The notes: generated from the letters alone by a model not told the origin. Counted from the first letter of the stretch, positions 27,632-35,137 are shown. The stretch: DNA of 40,918 nt from a virus (IMGVR_UViG_3300018063_000026:1-40918); one strand, 5' to 3'. Program-made: numbers and translations.

Positions 27632-28122
27632 GCCTGCCCCCCGTAGCGACCTTCGCGCTCGACGCGTTCTGCTTCCTTGCGGTCGCTGTACTCGATGCTG
27701 TCTTGCTCGGCGCGCACCTGGCGCTCTATGCGTGCCAACTCGTCGGCGTCGGCCCACGTGCATTCTGTGAGCGCGTGGCAGGCGTTTTCCAGATGTCCGG
27801 CGACGGTGTAGAAGCCATTGCTGCCGATTACGTCGTCCTCGGCATACATGCGCTCGCGAACGGCATTGAGCACCGCCTTGAGGCCCTCGTGAGTCGATGG
27901 CAGCTTGGCGATCGCATCGGCGATGCCGGCGGCGCTGCGCAGCGTTTCGGTCTCGCTGCACAGCAGCCGGATCTGCCCTTCGAGCAGGCCGACCCAGAAC
28001 GTGCACAGCAGCCGGATCTGCCCTTCGAGCAGGCCGACCCAGAACGCGTTGCGGTCAGCGGTGTTACACCCGTAGTGTTTCGCGGCGGCTTCGGCTGCGG
28101 CCAGGATCGTCTCGGCGTTCAT
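27628..28122 (-). CDS. Hypothetical protein with internal 15-aa duplication
   Basis: GGAGG RBS; FWVGLLEGQIRLLC occurs twice. Confidence 0.7.
   Translation of the reverse strand: MNAETILAAAEAAAKHYGCNTADRNAFWVGLLEGQIRLLCTFWVGLLEGQIRLLCSETETLRSAAGIADAIAKLPSTHEGLKAVLNAVRERMYAEDDVIGSNGFYTVAGHLENACHALTECTWADADELARIERQVRAEQDSIEYSDRKEAERVEREGRYGGQA
27957..28046. repeat. Perfect 45-bp tandem duplication
   Basis: 27957-28001 is identical to 28002-28046. Confidence 0.95.
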
Positions 28123-28460
28123 GTTTCGTCCTCCGCGTAGCGGTCTCCGGAGCCGTAGCCGTCGCCGTAGCCGTAGCCGTCGCCGTCGCCGTAGCCGGAG
28201 CCGTAGCCGTAGCCGGCGCCGTCGCCGTCTCCGGAGCCGTAGCCGGAGCCGTAGCAGGAGCCGTAGCCGTAGCCGTCGCCGGAGCCGGAGCCGTCGCCGG
28301 AGCCGGAGCCGGAGCCGAAGCCGAAGCCGGAGCCGTCGCCGTCTCCGGAGCCGTAGCCGTAGCCGTAGCCGGAGCCGTCGCCGTCGCCGTAGCCGGGGCC
28401 GGCGCCGTAGCCGGAGCCGTCGCCGTAGCCGTCGCCGTCGCCGTCGCCGGAGCCGATCAC
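28119..28460 (-). CDS. Gly/Ser/Tyr/Asp low-complexity protein, copy A (alternative start 28469)
   Basis: GTGA overlap with the stop of the DUF6948-like gene; ends RYAEDET. Confidence 0.65.
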   Translation of the reverse strand: MIGSGDGDGDGYGDGSGYGAGPGYGDGDGSGYGYGYGSGDGDGSGFGFGSGSGSGDGSGSGDGYGYGSCYGSGYGSGDGDGAGYGYGSGYGDGDGYGYGDGYGSGDRYAEDET

Positions 28461-28741
28461 TTGCCCCACCTGCTACGGCTGAGGTTCTCGCGTCCAGCAT
28501 CGCTGGCGGCGATGATCTCGATCACCTCTGTCAGCGCGATCTCTGCCACAGGCTCGCTGATGCGCGAGTGGATCTCATCGCAGCCTCGCAGAGCGAGTTC
28601 GTGAAGCGTGTTCGCGCCGCGCCAGCGCCAGACGCGGCGCGCGTTGACGAGGGTGACGTTCTTACCGTCGGCGGCGGTGAGCGTGCCGACGTGCACGCCT
28701 GCGCTGAACGTGCGCACGACGACGAATTGACCTGTTTGCAT
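28457..28741 (-). CDS. DUF6948-like phage protein (possible Sm-like fold)
   Basis: VVVRTFSAGVHVGTL...VTLVNARRVWRW..ANTLHELALRG motif; GGAG RBS; first gene after PL. Confidence 0.8.
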   Translation of the reverse strand: MQTGQFVVVRTFSAGVHVGTLTAADGKNVTLVNARRVWRWRGANTLHELALRGCDEIHSRISEPVAEIALTEVIEIIAASDAGRENLSRSRWGK

Positions 28742-28768
28742 CTGCTGCTCCGTTGGGTTGATGTAGCA

Positions 28769-28808
28769 AGTAAACACCATGTTGAGCAGTTTGTCAACGT
28801 GTCGTGTA
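28769..28808 (-). promoter_or_regulatory. PL promoter with OL operators
   Basis: Minus strand TTGACA-N17-TTTACT; operators TAAACACCATGTTGA (28771-28785) and a one-mismatch consensus copy (28794-28808). Confidence 0.8.
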
Positions 28809-28821
28809 AACTTTCTGCCTG

Positions 28822-28844
28822 AAAAAGCCCGCACGGGGCGGGCT
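28822..28844 (-). terminator. Rho-independent terminator for the leftward cI transcript
   Basis: Minus strand AGCCCGC-CCCGT-GCGGGCT followed by a T run. Confidence 0.75.
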
Positions 28845-28855
28845 CAGGAGAAGCG

Positions 28856-29173
28856 ATGGATCAGTTACCGAAACCGGAGGTGCTCGCCCCTATGGACTTC
28901 GACTCAAGCGTCGAGCGACGCAAGCGGCTCATGGGAGTGCCTGAGCGGTTGCTGCGGCCGCAAAAAGAGCCTTGCGTCACGGCCAAGATCAAGGCGCTGT
29001 GGGTGCGCCTGATGGACATAGCAGAAGGAACGACGATGAAATATGAACGGCTTGAGATTTACCCAACGGCGAACGGGAAGTTCGTTGTTCGGACTGAGAG
29101 AGGCGAGTCGTTCGCCTTCGACACGGTCGAAGAAGTCTTGGAGTGGCTCAAGAGCACCGGCTTACGTAAATAG
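28856..29173 (+). CDS. Hypothetical protein (may start at 29036, MKYERLEIY...)
   Basis: AGGAG RBS before 28856 and GAAGGA before the internal Met; convergent with the cI operon. Confidence 0.5.
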   Translation: MDQLPKPEVLAPMDFDSSVERRKRLMGVPERLLRPQKEPCVTAKIKALWVRLMDIAEGTTMKYERLEIYPTANGKFVVRTERGESFAFDTVEEVLEWLKSTGLRK

Positions 29174-29315
29174 CCACCAGGGCGGCGCAGGCGCTAGCGA
29201 TGGCGCCAAAGGCGGACACGATCGCGGCTATGACCATCAGCTTCATGCGGTAGCGATCCTGCTGGTACTCGCCCTGCGTTCGCCATGGGTCTTCGATGAG
29301 CTGTGGTTGAGTCAT
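29148..29315 (-). CDS. Small membrane protein co-transcribed with cI
   Basis: ATGA overlap with the cI stop; C-terminal TM helix. Confidence 0.6.
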   Translation of the reverse strand: MTQPQLIEDPWRTQGEYQQDRYRMKLMVIAAIVSAFGAIASACAALVAIYVSRCS

Positions 29316-29692
29316 GGCGGCACCCCGCGGCGCTCTGGGCCTTTCCATGGCGGGCGGCCAGGCCGGCGGCGTTCGTAGCCAATGGCCTGCACGATCAGGT
29401 GCAGCCGGTATCGCTCAAGTGAGTTCAGCTTTTCGTATTGCTCAGCGAACCGCAGGGTGTCTTCGCTGAACTGGCGATTGGGTGGCGTTTGTGGTCGGCC
29501 CGTCACGAGTTCGTCGATCGTGTGCCTCGTGACGGCGGCCACCGTGGCGTAGTGGTCGGACGGCATCCCGCGTGCTTTCCAGTTGGTGATGACCGCTGGC
29601 GTCGCGCCTATGGCTTCTGCGAAGCGGCTCTGGTTCATGCCAAGAGCCCTGGCCCATCTCAGGGCGCGGTCTATCGGCTCGTCGTGCTTCAC
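29312..29692 (-). CDS. cI: CI-like XRE HTH repressor without S24 peptidase domain
   Basis: MNQSRFAEAIGATPAVITNWKARG HTH; divergent from cro; probable leaderless GTG start. Confidence 0.85.
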   Translation of the reverse strand: MKHDEPIDRALRWARALGMNQSRFAEAIGATPAVITNWKARGMPSDHYATVAAVTRHTIDELVTGRPQTPPNRQFSEDTLRFAEQYEKLNSLERYRLHLIVQAIGYERRRPGRPPWKGPERRGVPP

Positions 29693-29699
29693 CCCGACG

Positions 29700-29767
29700 A
29701 TGCTAAACAAAACGTTGATGTCATTGTTAAACACAGGGTTGACATCGCAGTCAACATGGTGTTTAAT
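29700..29767. promoter_or_regulatory. OR operators with PR and PRM promoters
   Basis: TAAAC-N5-GTTGA at 29704-29718, 29728-29742 and (inverted) 29751-29765; PR TTGACA-N17-TTTAAT; minus-strand TAGCAT near the cI start. Confidence 0.85.
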
Positions 29768-29774
29768 ATGTGGC

Positions 29775-30017
29775 ATGACTGCACTCGAACGCGCAATCGC
29801 TGATGCTGGCGGCCCTACGAAGATGGCATTGCGGCTCGGCGTGTCTGTGCAGCGCTTGTCGAACTGGATCGATCGTGGCGTACCTGCTGAACAGTGCCCG
29901 GCCATCGAGCGGGCCACCGGCGGCGTCGTGCGCTGCGAAGAACTGCGGCCGGATGTCGCATGGGGCGTGCTGCGCGAGCAGTCGGCCCCGGTGTTCGCGC
30001 CCGAGGCCAGCGCGTAG
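29775..30017 (+). CDS. cro: Cro/YdaS-like regulator
   Basis: ALERAIADAGG..MALRLGVSVQRLSNW..VPAEQCPAIERATGGVVRCEELRPDV. Confidence 0.9.
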   Translation: MTALERAIADAGGPTKMALRLGVSVQRLSNWIDRGVPAEQCPAIERATGGVVRCEELRPDVAWGVLREQSAPVFAPEASA

Positions 30018-30029
30018 TGGAGGCCAGAG

Positions 30030-30236
30030 ATGTCCAAGCCTTGCCGCCGTGCTACCGATTCGTTCCCGCCCGAGCCAGGCTTGCGCCTGGTGCCGCCTCC
30101 GATGCCGGAAGAGTGGCCGGTGCTGGCCGACCCGTACTGGCGGCAGGACGCGAGCGTGGCCGCGCTCGAACGGGCTGTGCTGGCGCAGGCGCGGGAGCGA
30201 CGCGTATTCGGCGCATTGGTGCGCAGCGATGTCTGA
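30030..30236 (+). CDS. Hypothetical protein
   Basis: GGAGG RBS after cro. Confidence 0.55.
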   Translation: MSKPCRRATDSFPPEPGLRLVPPPMPEEWPVLADPYWRQDASVAALERAVLAQARERRVFGALVRSDV

Positions 30237-30326
30237 CATGGCGGAAGTTAAACCGTTCCACGGACACATGCCATGGGGCATTGCGTGCAATTCATGCAGC
30301 GCGAAAGCTGTAGGAAAGGAGACGAC

Positions 30327-30584
30327 ATGAAGTACCAACAGTCATTGGATGAGTTCGACGCGTTGCCTCCGTTCCAGCCGGTGGCGAGCGAGCAAGAGAA
30401 GAAGGCCCGCGAAGTCGCGGCAGAGCTGGCGAAGAAGAAATCAGAGATGAATTCGGTCTTCGAGAAGATGAAGACCCCGGAGCACATGCTCGGGAAGTGG
30501 CCTGAGAAGATGCCAGTTGGGGAAGCCATCACGTTCACAGGCAACGGCATCTACGAGATGTTCGGGTGGCAGGCCGAGCTATGA
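30327..30584 (+). CDS. Hypothetical protein
   Basis: AAAGGAG RBS; 85 aa. Confidence 0.65.
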   Translation: MKYQQSLDEFDALPPFQPVASEQEKKAREVAAELAKKKSEMNSVFEKMKTPEHMLGKWPEKMPVGEAITFTGNGIYEMFGWQAEL

Positions 30585-31249
30585 GCTACGCGCCAGCGCC
30601 GGGCAGCGTTGCATACCGCGCGTTCGCGCACTTGCAGGCGCTGCCGGCTGGCACGGAGCTGATGACCGCCGCATGGGCCGAGACGGTGGGGACGTCGGTG
30701 AACAACTTCGGCCCGAACGTCGAGCCGCTGCTCAAACACGGGCTGGTGCAGCGCCGGCAGAAGTGGCCAGGCCCGCGGGCCCCGTTCTTCTGGTCGATCC
30801 CGAGTGGGGCGCTCGCGATAAATGGTGCAGATTGCCGCAGCACACAGGTGCCCGATAGCGCGAGCGTCGGGAGTGGTCAAGTCCCACACAGCAGCCCGCC
30901 TGTTGCTGCGGCATCCGATGAGGCGTACGACGTGCCGCAGTTCCTGCCGCTCGTTGCTACGCCTGAACATGACGACGGGCCTTCGCACGCACAGAAGCGC
31001 GCTCCGTGGCCGTATCAGGCTGAACCACTTGTGCCTGCCCCGGCGGCGCCGTGCAAACGCACGGCTACCAAGGCGCCACCGAAGGAACGATCGCAGCCCA
31101 CAGAGCCCGCCAAGAGCCTGAACATAGCCTTGTGGAGCAATGGCGAGCTTGAGATCCGGAGCGGTGGCGGTTGTGTGGTGCTGCTGACCGAGGACGAGAC
31201 GCGTCAGCTGGTGAAGTACTTGATGCGCGCGGCGGTGGAGTCGGCGTAG
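30581..31249 (+). CDS. Hypothetical protein, possible N-terminal winged helix
   Basis: ATGA overlap with the upstream gene; coupled to the replication gene. Confidence 0.7.
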   Translation: MSYAPAPGSVAYRAFAHLQALPAGTELMTAAWAETVGTSVNNFGPNVEPLLKHGLVQRRQKWPGPRAPFFWSIPSGALAINGADCRSTQVPDSASVGSGQVPHSSPPVAAASDEAYDVPQFLPLVATPEHDDGPSHAQKRAPWPYQAEPLVPAPAAPCKRTATKAPPKERSQPTEPAKSLNIALWSNGELEIRSGGGCVVLLTEDETRQLVKYLMRAAVESA

Positions 31250-32247
31250 TGAACGGCGGCTGGATCAAGATGAGCGGTGGACTTGGTGACAACCCAGCGG
31301 TGTTCAGGCTCGTCAAGCTCACCAAGTTGGACAAGTTGAGCGTCATCGGGCGGCTGTGGGCATTCTGGGCATGGGCCGACAGTCACGCAATTGATGGCCG
31401 TATAGATGGCGCAGAGCCGACAGACATTGATCAAGTGTGCGAGCGCAAGGGGTTTGCAGTTGCTTTGCAGGCTGTAGGTTGGCTCGATGTCGGAGACGGT
31501 TTCTTGGCCATCCCGAAGCACGAACTGCACAACTGTGAGTCGGCAAAAGAGCGCGCTATGAAGAACGCTCGGCAAGCAAAGTGGAGACAGTCGAGAGACA
31601 TAAATGTAGACGCTAAAACGTCTACACCGCCGTCTACCGCACCGCCTACCAGTGGGTCTACAGAGTTGTCTACCACGGCATCTACCACGGCATCTACCGT
31701 AGCGTCTACCTCTGCGTCTACACCGCCGTCTACCAGAATAGATAAGAGAAGAGAAGAAGGTATTCCTTCGCTTCGCTCCGGAATCCCAGTCCCGGATATC
31801 GACCCTGCCGGGTCTCACCCCACCGACGACGCTGACGCGGCGCCGGATGGGGCACAGGACGATGTTGCGAAAAACACGAAAGCCAACGGCCAAGACCATT
31901 CCGAGGCATGCCCGGATTGCCCGCAGCAGGCCATCGTTTCCCTCTACGGCCGACGCTTGCCGATGCTTCGACAGCCGGCGTCTTGGGACGGGCAACGGGC
32001 TATGGAACTGAGGCAGCGTTGGCGGGAATGCTCGCTGCCGAGCAGCTTCGGAGACGGCTACCGAACGCAGGTCGAAGGGCTCGTGTTCTGGGACAAGTTT
32101 CTCGCGTTCGTCGCCGACTGCCCGAAGTTGCGCGATGGCATCACGACTACAGAAAACGGCAAGACGCGAACGTGGCGCCCGACGCTCGATTGGCTCGTCA
32201 CGAAGCGGAATTTCCTCAAGGTCATCGAAGGAGCGTACGCGGAATGA
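31249..32247 (+). CDS. Replication initiator protein
   Basis: WIKM..L.DNP.V..VIGRLWAFWAWAD N-terminus, central iterons, C-terminal LDWLV...NFLKVIEGAY. Confidence 0.88.
   Translation: MNGGWIKMSGGLGDNPAVFRLVKLTKLDKLSVIGRLWAFWAWADSHAIDGRIDGAEPTDIDQVCERKGFAVALQAVGWLDVGDGFLAIPKHELHNCESAKERAMKNARQAKWRQSRDINVDAKTSTPPSTAPPTSGSTELSTTASTTASTVASTSASTPPSTRIDKRREEGIPSLRSGIPVPDIDPAGSHPTDDADAAPDGAQDDVAKNTKANGQDHSEACPDCPQQAIVSLYGRRLPMLRQPASWDGQRAMELRQRWRECSLPSSFGDGYRTQVEGLVFWDKFLAFVADCPKLRDGITTTENGKTRTWRPTLDWLVTKRNFLKVIEGAYAE
31606..31760 (+). repeat. Iteron array and purine tract (putative replication origin)
   Basis: Ten (T/C)CTAC units at exact 12-bp period (31621-31733), one inverted GTAGAC at 31606, then AGAATAGATAAGAGAAGAGAAGAAGG. 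Confidence 0.8.
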
Positions 32248-32789
32248 GCAAGATCTTTTCGGCCCGCGAAGGCTCTGCAAAAACCGCCGAAGATCGGTCG
32301 CGACTTTGCCGCGCAGACGGCTGCCCGAATCACTGGCATCTCGACACTGGTGATGGTCGGTTCTGCCGCTTTCACTACGGGCAACCGGCGCATATGTGGA
32401 CGCAGATCACCGGAGAGCAGCTCGATGCCGAGGCGCTGCGCGGCGACGAACAGCACCGCGCGCTGGATGAGACGTCGGTGAAGCTGTCCTTCGCTTCTCA
32501 GCGTGAGATTGCGGCAAGGCTCGCGCTGGTTTGCGCTGCGCTTCGCGTCGGCGGCAACAACCCCCGCGCCTGGATCGCCCGTTTGCAGGCCCGCCAGGCA
32601 GCCGGAGAGCGGTTAACCCAGCCGCAACGTCATTGCCTAGCCGCAGCGACCGAAAACCGCTCTGAGGCCGTTCCAGGCGGCTCTGACGATCCTCAAGACA
32701 GCGACGAGCAGCTGCGCCGCGAGGATGCGAAGCGCGAGCAGTTTGCCCGGGTGCAGCAGTACGCCAAGGAAAAGGGGATCGCGCTATGA
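32244..32789 (+). CDS. Hypothetical protein with Cys/His motif (CRADGCP...FCRFH)
   Basis: ATGA overlap with the replication gene. Confidence 0.7.
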   Translation: MSKIFSAREGSAKTAEDRSRLCRADGCPNHWHLDTGDGRFCRFHYGQPAHMWTQITGEQLDAEALRGDEQHRALDETSVKLSFASQREIAARLALVCAALRVGGNNPRAWIARLQARQAAGERLTQPQRHCLAAATENRSEAVPGGSDDPQDSDEQLRREDAKREQFARVQQYAKEKGIAL

Positions 32790-33028
32790 GCGACGACATC
32801 AGACGCATCCTCGATGCGTGCACTGGCGTGACGGTCGATGCGCTTGCGCGATCGCTTAACGCCAGGCGCGAGGACGTGTACGAAGTCCTCGTACGGATGG
32901 AGGCCGACGGCGAAGCCGGCTTCAGGCGCGACAGGTGCCACAAGGTGGCTGAGTGGTTCGCAAAGCCGCCACTGCCAAGGATTCAACCGCGGGAAGCCGC
33001 ACAACCGAAGGAAGTCTCATGCGTTTGA
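32786..33028 (+). CDS. Small winged-HTH-like protein
   Basis: VTVDALARSLNARREDVYEVLVRME pattern. Confidence 0.6.
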   Translation: MSDDIRRILDACTGVTVDALARSLNARREDVYEVLVRMEADGEAGFRRDRCHKVAEWFAKPPLPRIQPREAAQPKEVSCV

Positions 33029-33510
33029 CCGTCTCGACATTCATCATCGCTGTACTGCTCGGCATCTGCTCGCTGGCGTTCGCGACCAAGCCGCCGGCCG
33101 CTAATAGCGAGGCTGAAGCCGCGGCGGATGCCCGCTCAAGTTCCTGGTCTGGGTCATCCGGTGCCGCGTCGGATTCGGCATCCGGCAACGTCACCGGTGG
33201 CGATTCGAACGTCTACGTGTTGCCTGCGCCGATCAGTGGGACTCAGATGCCGGCCGGCATGTGTGCGCGATCGGATTACAGCCACTGGTCACTTGGCTGG
33301 AACTTCGTCTCTCAAGCGGTTGGGCAATCCCACACGGACATGGAATGTCTCGGCCTGTTGGTGCGCCTCGAAACCGTTCGCCGCGAGCCGTTGCCGAAGC
33401 AACGCGTCGAGATCCTGATCGATCCGCCTCACATGCGCGAGCCCGTCGCTGGGCCGGTATGTACGCCGCTGGCGCGAAAGACTCGGCTTGGCAAGGGCTG
33501 TCCGAAGTAA
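33019..33510 (+). CDS. Signal-peptide hypothetical protein
   Basis: AAGGA RBS; hydrophobic N-terminus; Ser/Ala-rich linker. Confidence 0.65.
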   Translation: MRLTVSTFIIAVLLGICSLAFATKPPAANSEAEAAADARSSSWSGSSGAASDSASGNVTGGDSNVYVLPAPISGTQMPAGMCARSDYSHWSLGWNFVSQAVGQSHTDMECLGLLVRLETVRREPLPKQRVEILIDPPHMREPVAGPVCTPLARKTRLGKGCPK

Positions 33511-33513
33511 GCC

Positions 33514-33648
33514 ATGGAAGTCATCGCGCTTGTAGGACTGGTGGCCTGGGTGCTGTTGACTCAACCGGCCGAGGTTTCAGCTGTCGTGATGATCATCGTC
33601 GTCGCGGTGGCCGCTGCTGTCTTCTGGGCCGGGCGAGGTGACCCGTGA
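33514..33648 (+). CDS. 44-aa hydrophobic membrane peptide
   Basis: Translated by hand: MEVIALVGLVAWVLLTQPAEVSAVVMIIVVAVAAAVFWAGRGDP. Confidence 0.5.
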   Translation: MEVIALVGLVAWVLLTQPAEVSAVVMIIVVAVAAAVFWAGRGDP

Positions 33649-33810
33649 GCGTGGCCGTCCACGTGGCAGCGGTGGCACGCCGGAAAGGCGCAGTGCGCGC
33701 CTCACCGAGGACTGAGCGCAGCCGCTCGCATTTGCTGCGGAGCTCACTGTCGCGCCGAACAGCACCATGCCTACGGCGCGCTCAACTGCGCTGGATTGGC
33801 GGCCGGTCAT
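33577..33810 (-). CDS. Small HTH protein (Aca-like position)
   Basis: AVERAVGMVLFGATVSSAANASGCAQSSVRRALR HTH followed by PRGRP. Confidence 0.6.
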   Translation of the reverse strand: MTGRQSSAVERAVGMVLFGATVSSAANASGCAQSSVRRALRLSGVPPLPRGRPRSRVTSPGPEDSSGHRDDDDHHDS

Positions 33811-33866
33811 TGTTGCGCCCAGCGTGCCCTGAAGTCCCACACGCTGGCGCCACCTTGGTGGGTGGT

Positions 33867-34007
33867 TCAGTCTGCCGTTGCGAAGAGCAAGTCGTCGGTG
33901 TTGCTGCCGCAAGCTTTGCTGATTGCCTCGGCGGCCGAGGCTGCCCACTCGTACCCGTAGTATGTGCCGTATGGCTGGTACAGCCATATTGTGTAAATGC
34001 GCTTCAT
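33867..34007 (-). CDS. 46-aa hypothetical protein
   Basis: AAGGAGAGACGAG-ATG strong RBS. Confidence 0.65.
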   Translation of the reverse strand: MKRIYTIWLYQPYGTYYGYEWAASAAEAISKACGSNTDDLLFATAD

Positions 34008-34026
34008 CTCGTCTCTCCTTGGTGGG

Positions 34027-34206
34027 TCAGGCCACGATGTCTTGGCAGTTGCCATCGAATTCCAGGGGGTCTTCCTGGCTGTAAGACCAGGAAACGTCGT
34101 TCGATCCGAATACATCGTTTGCCTTTGCCTCGCATGCCTCGTTGGTATCCCCGGTCACTCGGCCGATCAGCTCGCCGTGTTCGTCGTGATGGATGTAGAG
34201 GGTCAT
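34027..34206 (-). CDS. 59-aa highly acidic hypothetical protein
   Basis: GGAGAGACGAG-ATG RBS; 13 D/E versus 2 K/R. Confidence 0.7.
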   Translation of the reverse strand: MTLYIHHDEHGELIGRVTGDTNEACEAKANDVFGSNDVSWSYSQEDPLEFDGNCQDIVA

Positions 34207-34251
34207 CTCGTCTCTCCGTTTGCCGGGCCGCGCGGTGCGGCCCATGCATCT

Positions 34252-34303
34252 AATATCGACGATGTTCGGCGGTTTATCAAGAGACAAATGGTAGGGATAA
34301 ACC
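34252..34303 (-). promoter_or_regulatory. Promoter of the counter-oriented mini-operon, with inverted repeats
   Basis: TTGATA-N17-GATATT; near-palindrome 34253-34265; IR GGTTTATC/GATAAACC at 34271-34278 and 34296-34303. Confidence 0.55.
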
Positions 34304-34364
34304 ATGAGATGGTGACGTGATGAAGAATTGTGTGAAACTATCAGCGCGCTTTGTGGGATAGATT

Positions 34365-34820
34365 TTGACTATTAACAAAACCGCAGCGCGCGCGCCCATT
34401 TCGGCCAAGAGGCCGCGCTTTCGCTTGACCTCGCCGACGCCGGCGCAGATCGAGCGCGCCACACGGCCGAAGGAAATCCAGATCCACTGCGCGTTCGTCG
34501 CGTGGACGCGGCGCATGCAGGGCCACACGCCGGCACTCGCGCGCGGCTTTCATCCGGCGAATGGCGAAGAGCGAGACGCCAAGACGGGGGCAAAGCTCAA
34601 GCGCATGGGCGTGAGGCCCGGGGTACTCGACTGGTGCCTGCCGGTCGCGCGCGGCGGCTACGGCGGGTTGTGGATCGAATTCAAACGGCCAGGTGGTGAG
34701 GAGCCATCAGACGAACAGAGAATCGAGATTGCGAACCTGCGCGCTGAGGGCTATCGCGTGGTGGTCTTCGACGACTGGGAGCGCGCGGCTCAGTTCACAC
34801 TGGACTATCTGGCCGAGTGA
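34365..34820 (+). CDS. VRR-NUC domain nuclease
   Basis: E..IH..FHPANG..LKRMGVRPGVLD..LWIEFK..SDEQ motifs. Confidence 0.9.
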   Translation: MTINKTAARAPISAKRPRFRLTSPTPAQIERATRPKEIQIHCAFVAWTRRMQGHTPALARGFHPANGEERDAKTGAKLKRMGVRPGVLDWCLPVARGGYGGLWIEFKRPGGEEPSDEQRIEIANLRAEGYRVVVFDDWERAAQFTLDYLAE

Positions 34821-35072
34821 ATGCTGCTCGCGCCAAACCAAACCGTCCACTGGTTTCGTGTCCTCACAGACCTGCGGATGTCCGGGCTGTCGCTCGATGC
34901 GATCGGCAAGCGGATTGGGGGTGTGCCACGCGAGCGCATCTCCGGATGGTTAAACATCGGATGCCAACCGCGGCACGATGATGGGGAGCGGCTGATCGTG
35001 CTGTGGGAAGATTTAATGCATCTGGATCGGTCGGACGTGCCGGTAGTAGATCGCAACGACTGGCGTCTCTGA
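34821..35072 (+). CDS. XRE-like HTH protein, candidate late-gene activator
   Basis: SGLSLDAIGKRIGGVPRERISGWLN HTH; last gene before a late-promoter motif. Confidence 0.7.
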   Translation: MLLAPNQTVHWFRVLTDLRMSGLSLDAIGKRIGGVPRERISGWLNIGCQPRHDDGERLIVLWEDLMHLDRSDVPVVDRNDWRL

Positions 35073-35074
35073 AT

Positions 35075-35108
35075 CGGCAAGATTTCTCCGCGTGCGGGCG
35101 CTGAGACT
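35075..35108 (+). promoter_or_regulatory. Putative late promoter copy 4 (CGGCAAGATTTCTCCG-N12-GAGACT)
   Basis: 18-bp identity with 797-814; heads the portal operon. Confidence 0.65.
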
Positions 35109-35137
35109 GCGCCCGTCACAAGACGGGAGCACGCACG

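Noticed and set aside
27320-28455. CRISPR array
   Set aside because: No constant repeat separated by unique spacers of even length; this is low-complexity coding sequence.
27266-28822. Long Arg/Ser-rich, Arg/Leu-rich and Ala/Val-rich ORFs in other frames
   Set aside because: These are shadows of the GGCNNC hexamer repeats. The Gly-rich minus-strand frame is the one with coupled starts and stops.
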